NCBI RefSeq assembly: GCF_009914755.1
Contig: NC_060927.1
DNA from: the human T2T-CHM13v2.0 reference genome, Homo sapiens
Strand: one strand, 5' to 3'
Length of the DNA stretch: 64,000 nt
Shown: positions 13,885 to 26,447 of the stretch, piece after piece
Numbering within the stretch: position 1 is the first letter of the stretch
Layout of the letters: each line of letters opens with the position of its first letter
Position numbers and translations under genes: made by a program
Notes under the pieces: generated by a model
Told to the model about the DNA's origin: nothing
Seen by the model: only the letters and a program-made list of their open reading frames with translations
The model's database searches: none

Positions 13885-14559
13885 AGTGCTAGACCCTTGC
13901 TACAATGTTTAGTCACATGGAAAGCAACTCCTTAGCTACCCCTTATCTGCCCCCCACCAAAAAATTCGTCTGAAAAGTTTGTTTTGTTCCTGACAAAAAT
14001 CCATGGTGAGGATATCAAAGTCCCTTGTGGCTGCCACTCGGCCAGTGTCACCCTTCCCTCCTTCCTTCCTCTCCACTTTGGTCCTTCCTGTGCTGAGACG
14101 GAGCCTTATCAGGGCCTCTACCCCATCTTCAGTTCTGTATACAGTTGTACTGTTCACCTCCCAAGGGTGCCCCTCACCCCTAGTAAGCACGGCCAAAGAA
14201 AGAGAGTTCACAAAGCATAGCACGGAACACTGACAGGCGCTGAGTCAGGAAACATTTAGTTCCCACCTAACAAAATGAGATCCCAACCCACCCAGGCTGG
14301 AAACGGAGGGAGGCTCTCAGCCTGGTCAAAGGGGCTGAATCCCTGAGCCTCCAACACCTGCTCCTGGGCTCCTCCTTCCTCTTAGAGACCCCTGAGGGCA
14401 CCTCAGGTCAGGAATCCAGCCACCTCTTTGAAGCAAATCCAATCCCAGCCCTTCAAGGCTGGCCATGGACAGAGTCTCCCCACAGGGGAGCAGCTGGAAG
14501 GAGCCAGGGCTGTTAAGACCCAGCTGCATGAAAAAAATGGCTGCTTGCTTCTGTGTAGT

Positions 14560-14760
14560 GTCTTGAAGTTTACTGACCATTTTTACACTGATCATCTCAT
14601 TTGGTTCTCGGCATAATCCAGTGATATGGATAGGACTGGAGTAATGTTAATTTTCCAGATGAGGAAGTTGAGGCCTGGAGAGGAGAAAACATGAATTCCA
14701 CAAATTTGTATAACAAATCAGAGAAAGAGTTTATTTTAGAACCAAAGTCTCTAATCTCTT
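14560..14760 (-). mobile_element. MIR
   Basis: attttccagatgaggaagttgaggcctggagagg core. Confidence 0.65.
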
Positions 14761-15589
14761 TCTATCAGTATTGACACACTAACAGCCTTAAAATGCACCC
14801 ACCTTAAATACTTTATGCATTCAGCAAGAGCCCAGTGAAGGGCCCCAAAAGTTGAGACTCAAAGCAAGCAGCCCCTGTCCTGCACTTCAGCCCTGAACTC
14901 ACGATGGCACAGTGGCGTCCTCTGAGTACAGACATCTGTATGAGCCCAGAGGAGCACGTGGCCACACACTGGGGCAATGCAGGTCCCGCCGATGCAGGAG
15001 GAACATTCCCACGGATGACCACAGTCTGCACCAGGCTGTTGCTCTGGGAGATGAGAGAATCAGCAAGCAAAGAGCTGCCGGCCCTGCCCAGTCTCTCAGG
15101 GGCAACAGCCTAGGCCCGAAGCTGGCAAGCGCCCACCGCTTGGGTGTGACTCGGCTGGGTGCCCAGTCCTGCAGCCCGTCCAGGTCTCAATTCCTGGTAA
15201 CACCCTAGTGCTTCACCCTCTTGCATATGGAAGAAGAGTCATCAGTCTGGCTGCAGCCCAACCTCAGCAGCTGATTGGAACGGGAGCAGAAGTCTTCACT
15301 AGACTAACCCTTTTTCCACTAGCTTATTCAAACTTGAGCTTTAAAGCTATTATTTCAAAGGACTGGACATCAGCCTCATAAAATATGCCTCTTTTCTAAA
15401 CAAGCACATTTTGTCATCCACAACAGGAACACATTTAGCACCCTTCTAACTAACAACCTGCAAAGAAATTCCTGATGTCATTCAGTGTTTACCAGGGATT
15501 TCCTACATGCCGTCACACAAACATTCACCGACGGGCTCACCACGGGCAAGACACTGTGCAAAGTGGGATGTAAAGATACTAGGGAGAGG

Positions 15590-16000
15590 ATTTGGCTTGC
15601 TCAGTTCAAATCCCAGTTCTTGTATTTAATAGCGGTATGACCTTGGGCAAGTTACTCAACTTCTCTGTGCCTCAGTTCTCGTATATGCAAAATGGTGATA
15701 CTAGGGCCTAGCTCACAGAGTTACAAGAATTCAATAAGATAGTCACATCTAAAAGCGCTTTAAACAGTGCTCTAAATGCAGAAAGCCCTTGAAAAATGCT
15801 AGCTATTATTAAAGGTATATTTTTACTTATTCCTTTCAATATCCCAATGAAATGGGAACTGTTACTATCCCCACTTCACAGATGAGAAAATCGGTTCAAG
15901 GCATTCAACAAGTTTGTCAATGTCATAATGCTAGTAAGAGGCAAACTCAAGACCCTAAACAAGGTTTGTCTGAATTCCATGCTCTTATTCACTGTACTGA
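15590..16000. mobile_element. Two adjacent MIRs in opposite orientation
   Basis: gttcaaatcccagttct...tgaccttgggcaagttactcaacttctctgtgcctcagtt (+), then cccacttcacagatgagaaaatcgg (-). Confidence 0.8.
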
Positions 16001-16034
16001 ACAATGCTACAATCAACTTTTCCCCCAGAAAACG

Positions 16035-16036
<2 letters not shown>

Positions 16037-16072
<36 letters not shown>
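16037..16072. repeat. (CA)n microsatellite
   Basis: Directly visible. Confidence 0.95.
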
Positions 16073-16075
<3 letters not shown>

Positions 16076-16219
16076 TGCATGTGGGCACCACAAAAGCTCA
16101 AATATAAATTTGGAAGCTTCCTGGTCCCTGAAACCCCTCCACCCCACCCCCTGTAGAGCCTATGAGAGATAGGTCAAGAAAGTTTGCTTCAAGAATTTTC
16201 TTTCCCCACCCTCCCCCAA

Positions 16220-16400
16220 GTTTTTAATTATGAGTAATTTCAAGCATTAAAGAGAGTCAAAAGAATAGAACAATGAACATCCATATAACTTCCACCTAGA
16301 CTTAACAATTCTTCACACTTTTGTGATCATAGGCTTCTCTATTTATATTTCTGCTAAAACATTTGAAAATTGTAGACACCGTAACATCAATCATAGCATC
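16220..16400 (-). mobile_element. Old L1 (L1MC/ME) 3' end fragment
   Basis: ttttaattatgagtaatttcaagcat...gaatagaacaatgaacatccatata...ccacctagacttaacaatt. Confidence 0.6.
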
Positions 16401-16527
16401 ACCCTTCTCTGTGATTGTTTGTTAGAGTAAAACGAGTCTTGGTAATAGATTCTATCGAATTACTGTTAATATTCTTGGGTGTAATTTGCTTGTTATTATG
16501 ACAAAGATCTTTATTCTTAGGAGCACA

Positions 16528-16890
16528 TGATAATAAGGTTAAGGATCTCCAGGTAAGATCAGCCTTCATTATCCAGGTGGGCTCTAAATCCAGTGCTAAA
16601 TATCTGCTAAGAGACACACAAAGAGACATTCAAAGAGAAGGAAAACACCCTGTGAAGAAGGAGGCAGCTATTGAGGTGACGCAGTCATAAGCCAAGGGAT
16701 GCCTGGGGCTGCCAGAAGCTGGAACCAACAGAAGGCTTCTCCTCCAGAGCCTTCAGAGGGAATGTGGCCCTGCCAACACCTTGAGTTCAGATTTCTGGTC
16801 TCCAGAACTGAAAGCAAATACATTTTTGTTGTTTTAAGTCACCAAGTTTATAGTAATTTGTGGCAGCAGCACAGTCCTAGAGAACTAATA
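16528..16890 (+). mobile_element. MLT1 (C/D-like) MaLR LTR
   Basis: taaggttaaggatctc...attatccaggtgggctctaaatcc...cctccagagccttcagagggaatgtggccctgccaacaccttg...gaactaata. Confidence 0.85.
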
Positions 16891-17729
16891 TCCCCTAGTC
16901 ACGGGGTCCCTGATACACTGTTGGAGCAAAGCGTGTGTGCTGAATTGAAAAACTGAAACAGCTGAGAGTGGCTTTATGCCTTTTTCATATCCCACAGCCA
17001 GGGAAGCACCTCCAAAGGCCACTGGACTCTGGCTAACAAATATGACACCAGAATAGGTGTCAACTGAACAATTTGTTCCTTTTAATCAGGTGTTTTAACC
17101 CCACTCTGTATTCATTGTTCTGCCCTCCTTAATTTTACTGTAAGTGACTGAATTGACTTTTGATGTATTGCCAGCACACAATAAATTATGAGCCTCTCTC
17201 TTTAAGGTTGGAGAGGGGAGGAACTCTACTTCCCTGTTCAGTTATTTCAGGCAAGGGTGGGAGCAGGTTTTCTGTGCCAGCAGCATCCTGATTATGATTC
17301 AGGATGTGTGGCCGAAGGCAAACAGTTCCTCTTCAAATTCAATCAAATAGGAAGGAGCAAAGGCCCAAACAAGAAAAGCCTGGTTCTCTTTGTGTGCACA
17401 GCCAAGGGGTCCTGGGAAGCTCGTGAGGGATGACACCCTATCTCGGCAAGACTGAGCATAGAGCGGTATTCAAGAAATTCTGCACATATTCGAAACGGGC
17501 TTCCAATCCTGGCCTTACAGAACCACATTTTGGACAATACGAAATCCACTGCAGGGGAAGTTATTTGAAGGCTAAAGGGGCAGAGGTTAACTAGAATTAA
17601 CGTGTCTACTTTTTAGTCTCTTCTCCCTAAGAAGAAAAAATATTCTATATGCAACTTCTATGCTGTTGATTGTGTCTCCAAGGGGCCCAAGTGACTACTT
17701 CCACTTGTACATACATGGTGCAACTCGAA

Positions 17730-18112
17730 ACAGGGATTTTTCACTCAGTAAGCCATGACCCATTAATGGATTGAGAAATCAATTTAGCAAGAGGGCCAGC
17801 AATTTGGCTTAAATGAATGGAAGAGGAGAGGAAATCTTTGAGTACATCTTGCATAGTAAAAGGGTAAATATCGTACCACGAAATTCTCCTTCAGTCTTAT
17901 ACAGATGCTCCTCAACTTACGATGGGTTCATCCAGACGTAACCTAAGGACCATACTGAATGCATATCACTTTCGCGCCATTTTAAAGTTGAAACATCACA
18001 TATGGAACCACTGTGAGTTGGGGACTATCTATATGTGTTTGGGTCACTGGTTTGTAATAGAAAAGATACTCCTCACTGTGAGTCATGATCCAAAAAAGTA
18101 AGAAAGCCACTG
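17730..18112. mobile_element. hAT-Charlie-type fossil containing a nested, internally deleted MER47/Tigger element (17902-18031)
   Basis: catgacccattaatggattgagaaatcaatttag...aaagccactg; inner ta-cagatgctcctcaacttacgatgg...gagttggggactatc-ta. Confidence 0.65.
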
Positions 18113-18363
18113 ACTTAAAAGAATAGATTCCACCAAACCAGAAAGCACTCTGTCCCCTCAGCCAAGCCCATGTTCCTGAGAGCACTGTTTGCAGTTACAA
18201 TAGGGCACTCAGTTAACAGGGACAATTCACCATGCACCTGAGAGGGGTTGGCATCTGAAACCAAGGCATGCCCATTCCCTGGCAATCCACTGGCATGTCT
18301 TTCTCCTGTTCAAGCCCCTCCATGCGTGAGGCTCATCCTCTTGGTTCTTGAGATCCTATTTCT

Positions 18364-18687
18364 TTTTTATTTTTATTTTTGAGACGGAGTCTGGCTCTGT
18401 CGCCCAGGCTGGAGTGCAGTGGCGCGATCTCGGCTCATTGCAAGCCCCACCTCCTGGCTTCACGCCATTCTCCTGCCTCCACGCCATTCTCCTGCCTCAG
18501 CCTCCAGAGTAGCTGGGACTACAGACGCCCAACACCACCCCCGGCTAATTTTTTTGCATTTTTTAGTAGAGACAGGGTTTCACCGTGTTAGCCAGGATAG
18601 GATGGTCTCGATCTCCTGACCTCGTGATCCACCCGCCTCAGCCTCCCAAAGTGCTGGGATTACACGCGTGAGCCACCACGCCCAGCC
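18364..18687 (-). mobile_element. AluY with internal micro-duplications
   Basis: gcaagcc, cacgccattctc and cgtgttagccaggat diagnostics; 16-bp TSD ttgagatcctatttct (18348-18363, 18688-18703). Confidence 0.96.
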
Positions 18688-19097
18688 TTGAGATCCTATT
18701 TCTATACTGTAGTAGAGCCTCTCGCAGTTCACTTCCATCTTGCCGGGACCCACTCTTCGCCCTCTGTAGCCCTAGAAACTCCACAGCCTTTTGCAATGAC
18801 TCTGAAACTGACCCACCACAGGGGGAGTTCCTAAAGTCTTTGAGGAAGTCATTAACCATCTTCTTTGTATTTTTTTACTCCAATGTGTCCAATTTCTCCT
18901 TTGCCATTTTTCCAGGAATATGGTTGCCCTGTCCTCCATTAAGAATTCTCTTTCATGCAGCAATTTGAGGACTCTCCGAGCCTTATGGTCTAATACTGCG
19001 GCAAATGTTCCACAGTGATGTCCTGTTCCCTGCAGGGCCTGCCTCATGGATCCACTATGGACTTTCCAATCACACACAGTTAAAGACTGTAACTAGA

Positions 19098-19405
19098 GGC
19101 CGGGGGCAGTGGCTCACACCTGTAATCCCTGCACTTTGGAAGGCCAAGGCAGGCAGATCACCTGAGATCAGGAGTCCGAGACCAGCCTAGTCAACATAGT
19201 GAAACCCTGTCTCTACTAAAAATACAAACATTAGCCAGGCGTGGTGGTGGTGCCCGTAATCCCAGCTACTCAGGAGGCTGAGGCAGGGAGAATAGCTTGA
19301 ACCCAGGAGGTGGAGGTTGCAGTGAGCAGAGATCGCGCTTTGCACTCTAGCTTGACCGACAGAGTGCAAATAAATAAATAAATAAATAAATAATAAATAA
19401 AAATG
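19098..19405 (+). mobile_element. AluSx-like
   Basis: Full dimer, (TAAA)n tail, TSD aaagactgtaactaga. Confidence 0.95.
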
Positions 19406-19459
19406 AAAGACTGTAACTAGAGCTTTCTGATCTCACATAATTAGGGGCTACAGCTAGGT

Positions 19460-19627
19460 TAGTTGAATGGTATAGAATGGAGCATGCATTTTGGCATCAG
19501 CAAAACTGGATCTAAGTTTTGATGCTGTTGCTTTGCTGGCTATTGACCCTGAGCAAATTGCTTAACTCTTCTAAGCTTCATCTGTAAAATCAAGATAATA
19601 CCCATCTGAAGGGAGTTGTTGGAGTCT
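19460..19627 (+). mobile_element. MIR
   Basis: tgaccctgagcaaattgcttaactcttctaagcttcatctgtaaaat. Confidence 0.7.
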
Positions 19628-19885
19628 ACTTTTTAAAAAAAATAGGTTGAAGTTTCTGTGATGAATTCTTCTTGGACATCTTATGAATGGACTTCCAAAA
19701 AAGGCTTTACTCTTTCAATGTTTTTAGAAATCTGTAGTACCCAGGAAAAACATACAAAACAGAGACAAAACAGAGAAAACATACAAAACAGAGAATATAT
19801 TTTCAGAAATGTATTTCTGAAAAAAATATATGGTCTAAAGAGTCAAGTCGTTCCTGCCACTTTAGAATTACAGAAAGTAAAAAAA

Positions 19886-19929
19886 GGGAGGGAGGGAGGG
19901 AGGGAGGAAGGAAGGAAGGAAGGAAGGAA
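19886..19929. repeat. (GGGA)5(GGAA)6 compound microsatellite
   Basis: Directly visible. Confidence 0.9.
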
Positions 19930-20329
19930 ATTCTACATTTGGGCTGACCTCCCATGACTGTGCCACAGAGGTTTTCTCACTCTTGCATTAACATCAGACC
20001 ATGTGCATCTTCCTGCCAGCAGCATCGTCTGGTTTGGCAGGACTGCAAATCTGTTTCAGCACAAAGGATCCGCTTAATGGAAAGCAAGCGTGCTGCAGGA
20101 AAAAAAAGAAAGAAAAAAAAAAACGGCACTCACATTTCCTTGTGCACTCTTTATCAAAGGAACAAATGGCACAATAACCCAACATAACCAAGCCTGTAGT
20201 TGAAGAAACTGCCTTTTACCTCTGGGACTAATCTTTCTTCTAAGGTGGCCATGGATGGTGTGGCATCAAAAGGCATGCAGGTGACTTAGAATGGTTTTTA
20301 AAACCTTTAGCAGTGCCTCTGTAGCCCAC

Positions 20330-21060
20330 AATAGAAAAAATACCAACACTTCCATTTTTAAATGGTTAAAAACGTAAACAGATAATTCAGAGAAAAAGGA
20401 ATAAAAAGTTGCCAGTAAATATATTAAAATGTTTAAGTTCACTAATGATCAAAGACATCTGTAAAAGTAAAACCAGAGCTCCATACACTCTAGTTGAATT
20501 TGTAAATATTGAAAAATACAATTAATGTTAGTGTAGGTATGACAAATCCGGCATTCTCTGCTGACAAGACTAGAAAGGATAAACCTTTCTGACAGCAATT
20601 TGGCAATAATTTTAGACATTTTATACCCTTTGGATAGTAATTTAAATTCTTCCAATACATCAAAGAAAAATAATCAGATACATAAGCATGGTGACATGTA
20701 GACATAACTATAAAAAATCCTCATTACAGTAATGTTTATAATAGTGAAAAAATTGACCACAACCTAAATGTCTAATAAGGAAATTGGCAAATAAAGGATG
20801 GTTCATCAATATGATAGAATATTATATAGACATTTAAATTAAGTTTTCAAAATTTGTAACGGTATGGGAAAATGGGGTATAAAACGTTGCAAGCAGACTA
20901 TTCCAAATTAGGTAAATAAAGGCATAGATAAAAGAAGGTTAAAATGAAATATACTAAAAAATCAGCAGATGTCATCTCTGGAGGGTGAAATTATAGGTAA
21001 ATTTGTACTTGTCTGTATTTCCAAACTTTTGAAATTGGGCATATATAACTTTTATCATTA
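20330..21060 (+). mobile_element. L1ME-type ORF2 end plus 3' UTR fragment
   Basis: aaaatggttaaaaacgtaaacagataattcagag..., agcaatttggcaata, caacctaaatgtctaataagg, ctctggagggtgaaattatagg. Confidence 0.75.
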
Positions 21061-21258
21061 TGTGCTCTACTCACTACCATGTTATCCCAGCATTCTAGCA
21101 GGTGGTAGGGTGACTTACGGCTGGACACTTAGCAGTCCACTCTGCATGCTGGACAATGTGAAGAATGCGCGTACCATAAGCAATCCCAGGCCTCAAGGGG
21201 TGTAACACATACAGAGATAAACGATGCTAATACTCATCTTAAGGGAGTTGTCGGAGTC

Positions 21259-21362
21259 TGTTGTGGAGGCTGCTGGCGGGGCCGACCTGACCTACCGTAC
21301 TTCCCCGTTCAGCTGCTGAATGTTGGCTGCTGGCAGCTCACAGCTGAGTCCCTCTCCAGGTA
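21259..21362 (+). mobile_element. LTR16-family (ERVL) fragment
   Basis: gctgctggcagctcacagctgagtccctctccagg. Confidence 0.55.
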
Positions 21363-22850
21363 ATATATAACTCCAAGGCTATATATAATTATGATCTGCA
21401 CAGAGCCTTGAACATAGTAGGTACACAATAAACCAATTTCAGTAACAGATGAACAAAATAAGCAGTAAATGCTACTACAATATGACGGACAAGAATCCTA
21501 TGTCCTGGAGGAGAGAAAAGAACACAGTTCAGGGAAGGGTCCATAGAGTGGCTGGTACTTTCATTGGAGCTTAAAGGAGAGGCTGACTGTGTGCATGTGT
21601 GGAGGAGAGGGGAGGAGAGGATCTATGGTAGACATAGGTATTTCTCATGGGCAGACCAGAGATACTTACTGTGACTTCATTGGCATGGTAGTGTCTATGT
21701 GCTCATTTCAAGCCATGTTAGAGCCTCCCTAAATGTTTATCTTTTTGCTGCAGCAGCAAGAAACAAATGGAGGCACAGGACTGTTGGGCCACACAGCAAG
21801 TAGCATTTGCTGTTCAAGGCAAGAAAAATGGCCTCTGCATGTCCATCCCTTGGTCATGATTTCATCTGAGTGCTGACTGTGGTGGATTCTGAGGAGCTAG
21901 TCTTACTGAATCCCCCTCATGGATGCCACACTTTACATGTAGCCAGCACTTCCAGATACAGCCTCTTGCTTAATCTCCTACCATCCCATGTAGTCTTCTC
22001 AGTTTACAGTAAGAAAATGGAGGCTGACTGGAGTGAAAGGGAAGTTTAAACTCACAACTGTCTAGTGATAAAAACCAAAGCTTCAGTTTAGTCTAGTGCT
22101 TTTCCCCTAATGCAAGATGAAGCTGTGATACCATCCTGGAAAACTACTCTTCTCAAAAAATGTTGCCTATCTCCTCCTTTTTACATTAAAATAAACAAAT
22201 GAACCCGTCCAATCCTGTGCACATCTCTCTTGTTTTGAGGTCACTGTGTACTTCAGCATTTTGGGGTGTCAGATAATAACACAAGTAAAATATAAAAACG
22301 TGGTAGTTAAGGATTTTCAAAAGGAGTGATCAGAATTCACTCCATACATATATTAATGGTCCTTAGTCAATTCCCCTTTACTTCCACCAAATTTCCATAG
22401 AAATCTGTGAGACAGAAAAGATTAAGAGTTATTGACAGAGAACTGCAAGATAACCTGAGTGGGTTTGTCTGGACACCAAAGTCTACTCTGAGCTTCTGGA
22501 TCTCTAGGGGAAAATCAACAAGTATTTATTGAAAGCTACAAAAAAAAAATATGATACTCAGTGATTAGTGGAGGTTTTCATGTAATCTGCAAGGATTTTT
22601 ATAAGCAAACCTTGTAGATAATGATGAAGCAAGAACTTTCTATTAGAAAACAACTCTCTCATTGCCAAAATATAAATACACACACACACAGACACATATA
22701 TATCCTAAGACAATTGGAAGCCAAAATGGAATTGGCCTCTTATATAGTCAACCCTGTGCAACAACAAGGCAAGAAGTGGTCAGAAGACAGGGCATATTCT
22801 AGTAAGTGGGCTTAATATTTTTAGAGAATTTTACAAAAATTCATAAGGTT

Positions 22851-23533
<683 letters not shown>

Positions 23534-23699
23534 ACTGGCTAAGAAATCTAAAATACTCATTTAAAGATGGAAAAGCTGAAGCTAGGAGAAGAGACTTGAC
23601 CCAAATATATTTGGGTAACTAGCTTTAGTATCTATACCAACATCCTGGAGGAACTCATCAAGTATTGACAAAAAAGGTTCTACATGATCCATTGTTTTA

Positions 23700-23861
23700 A
23701 AAAAGAGACAGAGTCTCACGGTGTCGCCCAGGGTGAAGTGCAGTGGCTATCCACAGGCATGATCCTAGCACACTGCAGCCTCCAACTCCTAGGCTCAAGT
23801 GATCCTCTGGCCTCAGGCTCCCAAATAGCTGGGACTACAGGCACACACCATGTACCCAACC
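23700..23861 (-). mobile_element. FAM (fossil Alu monomer)
   Basis: Monomer keeping the 7SL-like gtgcagtggctatccacaggcatgatc segment that dimeric Alus lack. Confidence 0.8.
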
Positions 23862-24417
23862 ATGATCTATTTTTATGAATAAAAAACCTGTGGATTTCAC
23901 ATTAACATTCAAATATTTCACTTGCTAGAAAGATGACGAAGAGTTTAGTTTCTTAGCTGTATGAAGGCTTCTGCCCGCCTGACCTGATTTACTGTGTTAA
24001 TCAACCCACTATGTCTTTCTTTACAGATAATGTTATGGTGAGTGCCTGCCTCCTTCCCGGGTATTAATATATTTTTCTAAATTCTGAATTGACGAGATCC
24101 TAATACATAAAGGGATTTATCAGAGAATTCGGTTTTTGGTTTTTTAAGGTTTGGAGGGGTTTTGTTGTTGTTGTTGTTTAATCCAGGGGTTCTCTTTCTC
24201 TCATCTTATTTAATCCTGGATAAAAGTTAAAAAAATCCTGCATACAGCTACTGTCACAAAGCCAGCTGAACCAAAAAACCTTCCCCACAGCCTATATCCC
24301 TCCTCTGAGTGGTTGGTCTGAATTTCTAGAGTTAAAAGATTTCTTTCTCTGGGTCCTTTGAAATAACCGTAATTAACACTTACGTAGAGGCTTATGATAC
24401 AATGGTATCGTCTAAAA

Positions 24418-24533
24418 CAGGAGTCAGCAAACTATGTCCTGCAAAAGATTAGCAGTTGCAACAGAGACCATATGTCCCACAAAGCCAAAAATATTTACTG
24501 GTTGGCCCCTTACATAAAGTTTGCCATGCCCTG
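24418..24533. mobile_element. MER58A, internally deleted
   Basis: Termini caggagtcagcaaact ... agtttgccatgccctg; gcaacagagaccatatg. Confidence 0.8.
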
Positions 24534-24869
24534 ACATTCACTATCACATGGATCCTCGTAAGCACCTACCAAGAAGCTTCTTCCTGTTTTCATAGCCACA
24601 AGGACTTCAATATGAACAAGTATTCGAATTGACTTCTGAAACACTGCCTGCGAAGAATACCAACTTAGGGGTGGAGGGGGGAAAGGGGCAGGGGACGGTA
24701 GAGACGAGGATTAGAAATTTGACCCCAGTAAAGAAAATTAGCCATATGGAGAGAAAACAGAGAAAAAACTCCATGCTCTCCTACTGAACAGGATGCCCAA
24801 ATGCCAGGACTGTTGTTCCACAAGCCTCTCCCCTTCCCCACGTTCCCCCTAAATATCCTCACGCTTATA

Positions 24870-25088
24870 CAGTGGTGTGTTGAAGCCAGCTTGTGTGCTC
24901 ATGAGAGGCAACTGTGTGCATCGTGTTCGGGCTCCACGTTCAGTGACATCACATTGGTAGTTTGACATCAGCCATGATAAAAGTATTTACACCACAAAAA
25001 TCAGCAAAAGCTACAAATCAGGGCTTTCCCCCGCCACCCGCCCCCTCCCTCCAGGGCTGACTGTTAAACATTTCCTACCACACCACAG
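24870..25088. mobile_element. MER63A-like hAT element
   Basis: cagtggtgtgttgaagccagct...ttcagtgacatcacattggtag...gttaaacattt...cacaccacag. Confidence 0.8.
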
Positions 25089-25164
25089 CAGATATGTACA
25101 TATATACATACGTACATACATACATACATAATTTCACATAAAAGGCACCATGTCATACATGGTA

Positions 25165-25408
25165 TTTTCCCCTTCAGCTGCCAAATGTTAGCTGCAGACA
25201 GCTCACAGCTGAGTCTCTCTCCAGGAATTGCCCTAAGCTGAAGGGAACTGCCGCACCCCAGGTCTGCTTCCCTCCCTAGGGCAACCTCCTTGCAACTACT
25301 CCTCAAGGCCAAGATAAAAAGTGAAAAGGCCAGACTCATCTTAATGCAGAACAACTTCAGCTCCAAAGCTCCTCCGGGTTCAGCTGGGACTTCTGTTGCA
25401 ATTGCATT
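25165..25408 (+). mobile_element. LTR16-family (ERVL) fragment
   Basis: gacagctcacagctgagtctctctccaggaattgccct...cagctccaaagctcc...tctgttgcaattgcat. Confidence 0.7.
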
Positions 25409-25617
25409 AGAGAGAGAGGGAGTGAGAGAGGGAGAGAGAGGGAGAGAGACAGAGAGAGAGAAAAGAGAAGAGAGAGGAGAGAGGAGAGAGGGGAAAGGGG
25501 AGAGGAGAGAGGAGAGAGACAGAGAGAGACAGAGAGAAAAGAGAGGAGAGAGGAGAGAGGAGAAAGGGGAGAGGAGAGAGGAGAGAGACAGAGAGAGAGA
25601 GAGACAGAGAGGAGAGA
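25409..25617. repeat. GA-rich polypurine tract
   Basis: About 210 bp of gaga/ggaga units with only a few pyrimidines. Confidence 0.95.
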
Positions 25618-25967
25618 CCCATTTGTCCACAACCAACTTCTCTCTTCATCTCCCATCTTGAGTTACCTATTTCAGTTCATTTTTGATTTGCTTAAGGTTC
25701 TTTCTGGAGTATTTTTCTCAGATGGGATACCTGGATAATATACTTTTCTCTTTTCAGTGACTTTATTTTAATGAGTTTTCAGACTTACAGAAAGGTGCTC
25801 TTCAGATGGGGCTGTGTCACTGGTCAACCATCTTCACTGTGGAGTCCTAGTCACTACGATTTTGTGTTGCATATCATGAAGATTCATTCAAATTGTCTCC
25901 TCTTCCTTTCCTTCATAATAGGTTACATGGTCTGAAAGTACATCCCTCCTTCTCTAGTACATTGTAT

Positions 25968-26447
25968 TCAAAGAGGTTGCTGCTGCTTCTCCATTGTCAT
26001 TAATCTTTTCATCATCTTCTTATTCCTCTTAGCACAGTTGGGGCATAATATGTTATCTTCTATGCCTGGGGATGGGAAAATGCAGGCAGGTAACAAGAAG
26101 AGAGAAATCATCCTCCTGTGAGTGGTAGGCACCCAGGCCTGATCTGCATGAAACTGCAGGTGTACCCAGCTCTTTGTGTCTGCTGAGAGACGTCTGCCAT
26201 GGACCACACACCACCTGACATCAGAGGTTTGCATCCAAAAGGCCTCAACAGAAACAGGAATGGAACATGAATTTACAGCCTTTGGCTGAACAGCTCTTGC
26301 ACCAATTCTTGCCCATGATGCCAACATGGATGCCTGCACTGAAGTTATCACTTCAACTATATTAGTCTCTTCTGTTCTTTCATTCATCTCATAACTTTTC
26401 TGAAGCCTCTTGCTCTCTCGGTCACTGCCTTGTGTTTTCTCGAGCAT
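25968..26447 (-). CDS. Residual 159-aa ORF of the retrocopy: about 13 novel residues plus the intact DPPA2 C-terminal region (translation unproven)
   Basis: ORF track entry; ATG at 26447 with G at -3; no stop or frameshift from [10 protein letters not shown] to the end. Confidence 0.2.

Noticed and set aside
25064-25661. 190-aa S/L/P-rich and 123-aa E/R/G-rich ORFs
   Set aside because: Artefacts of the GA tract, which lacks stop codons.
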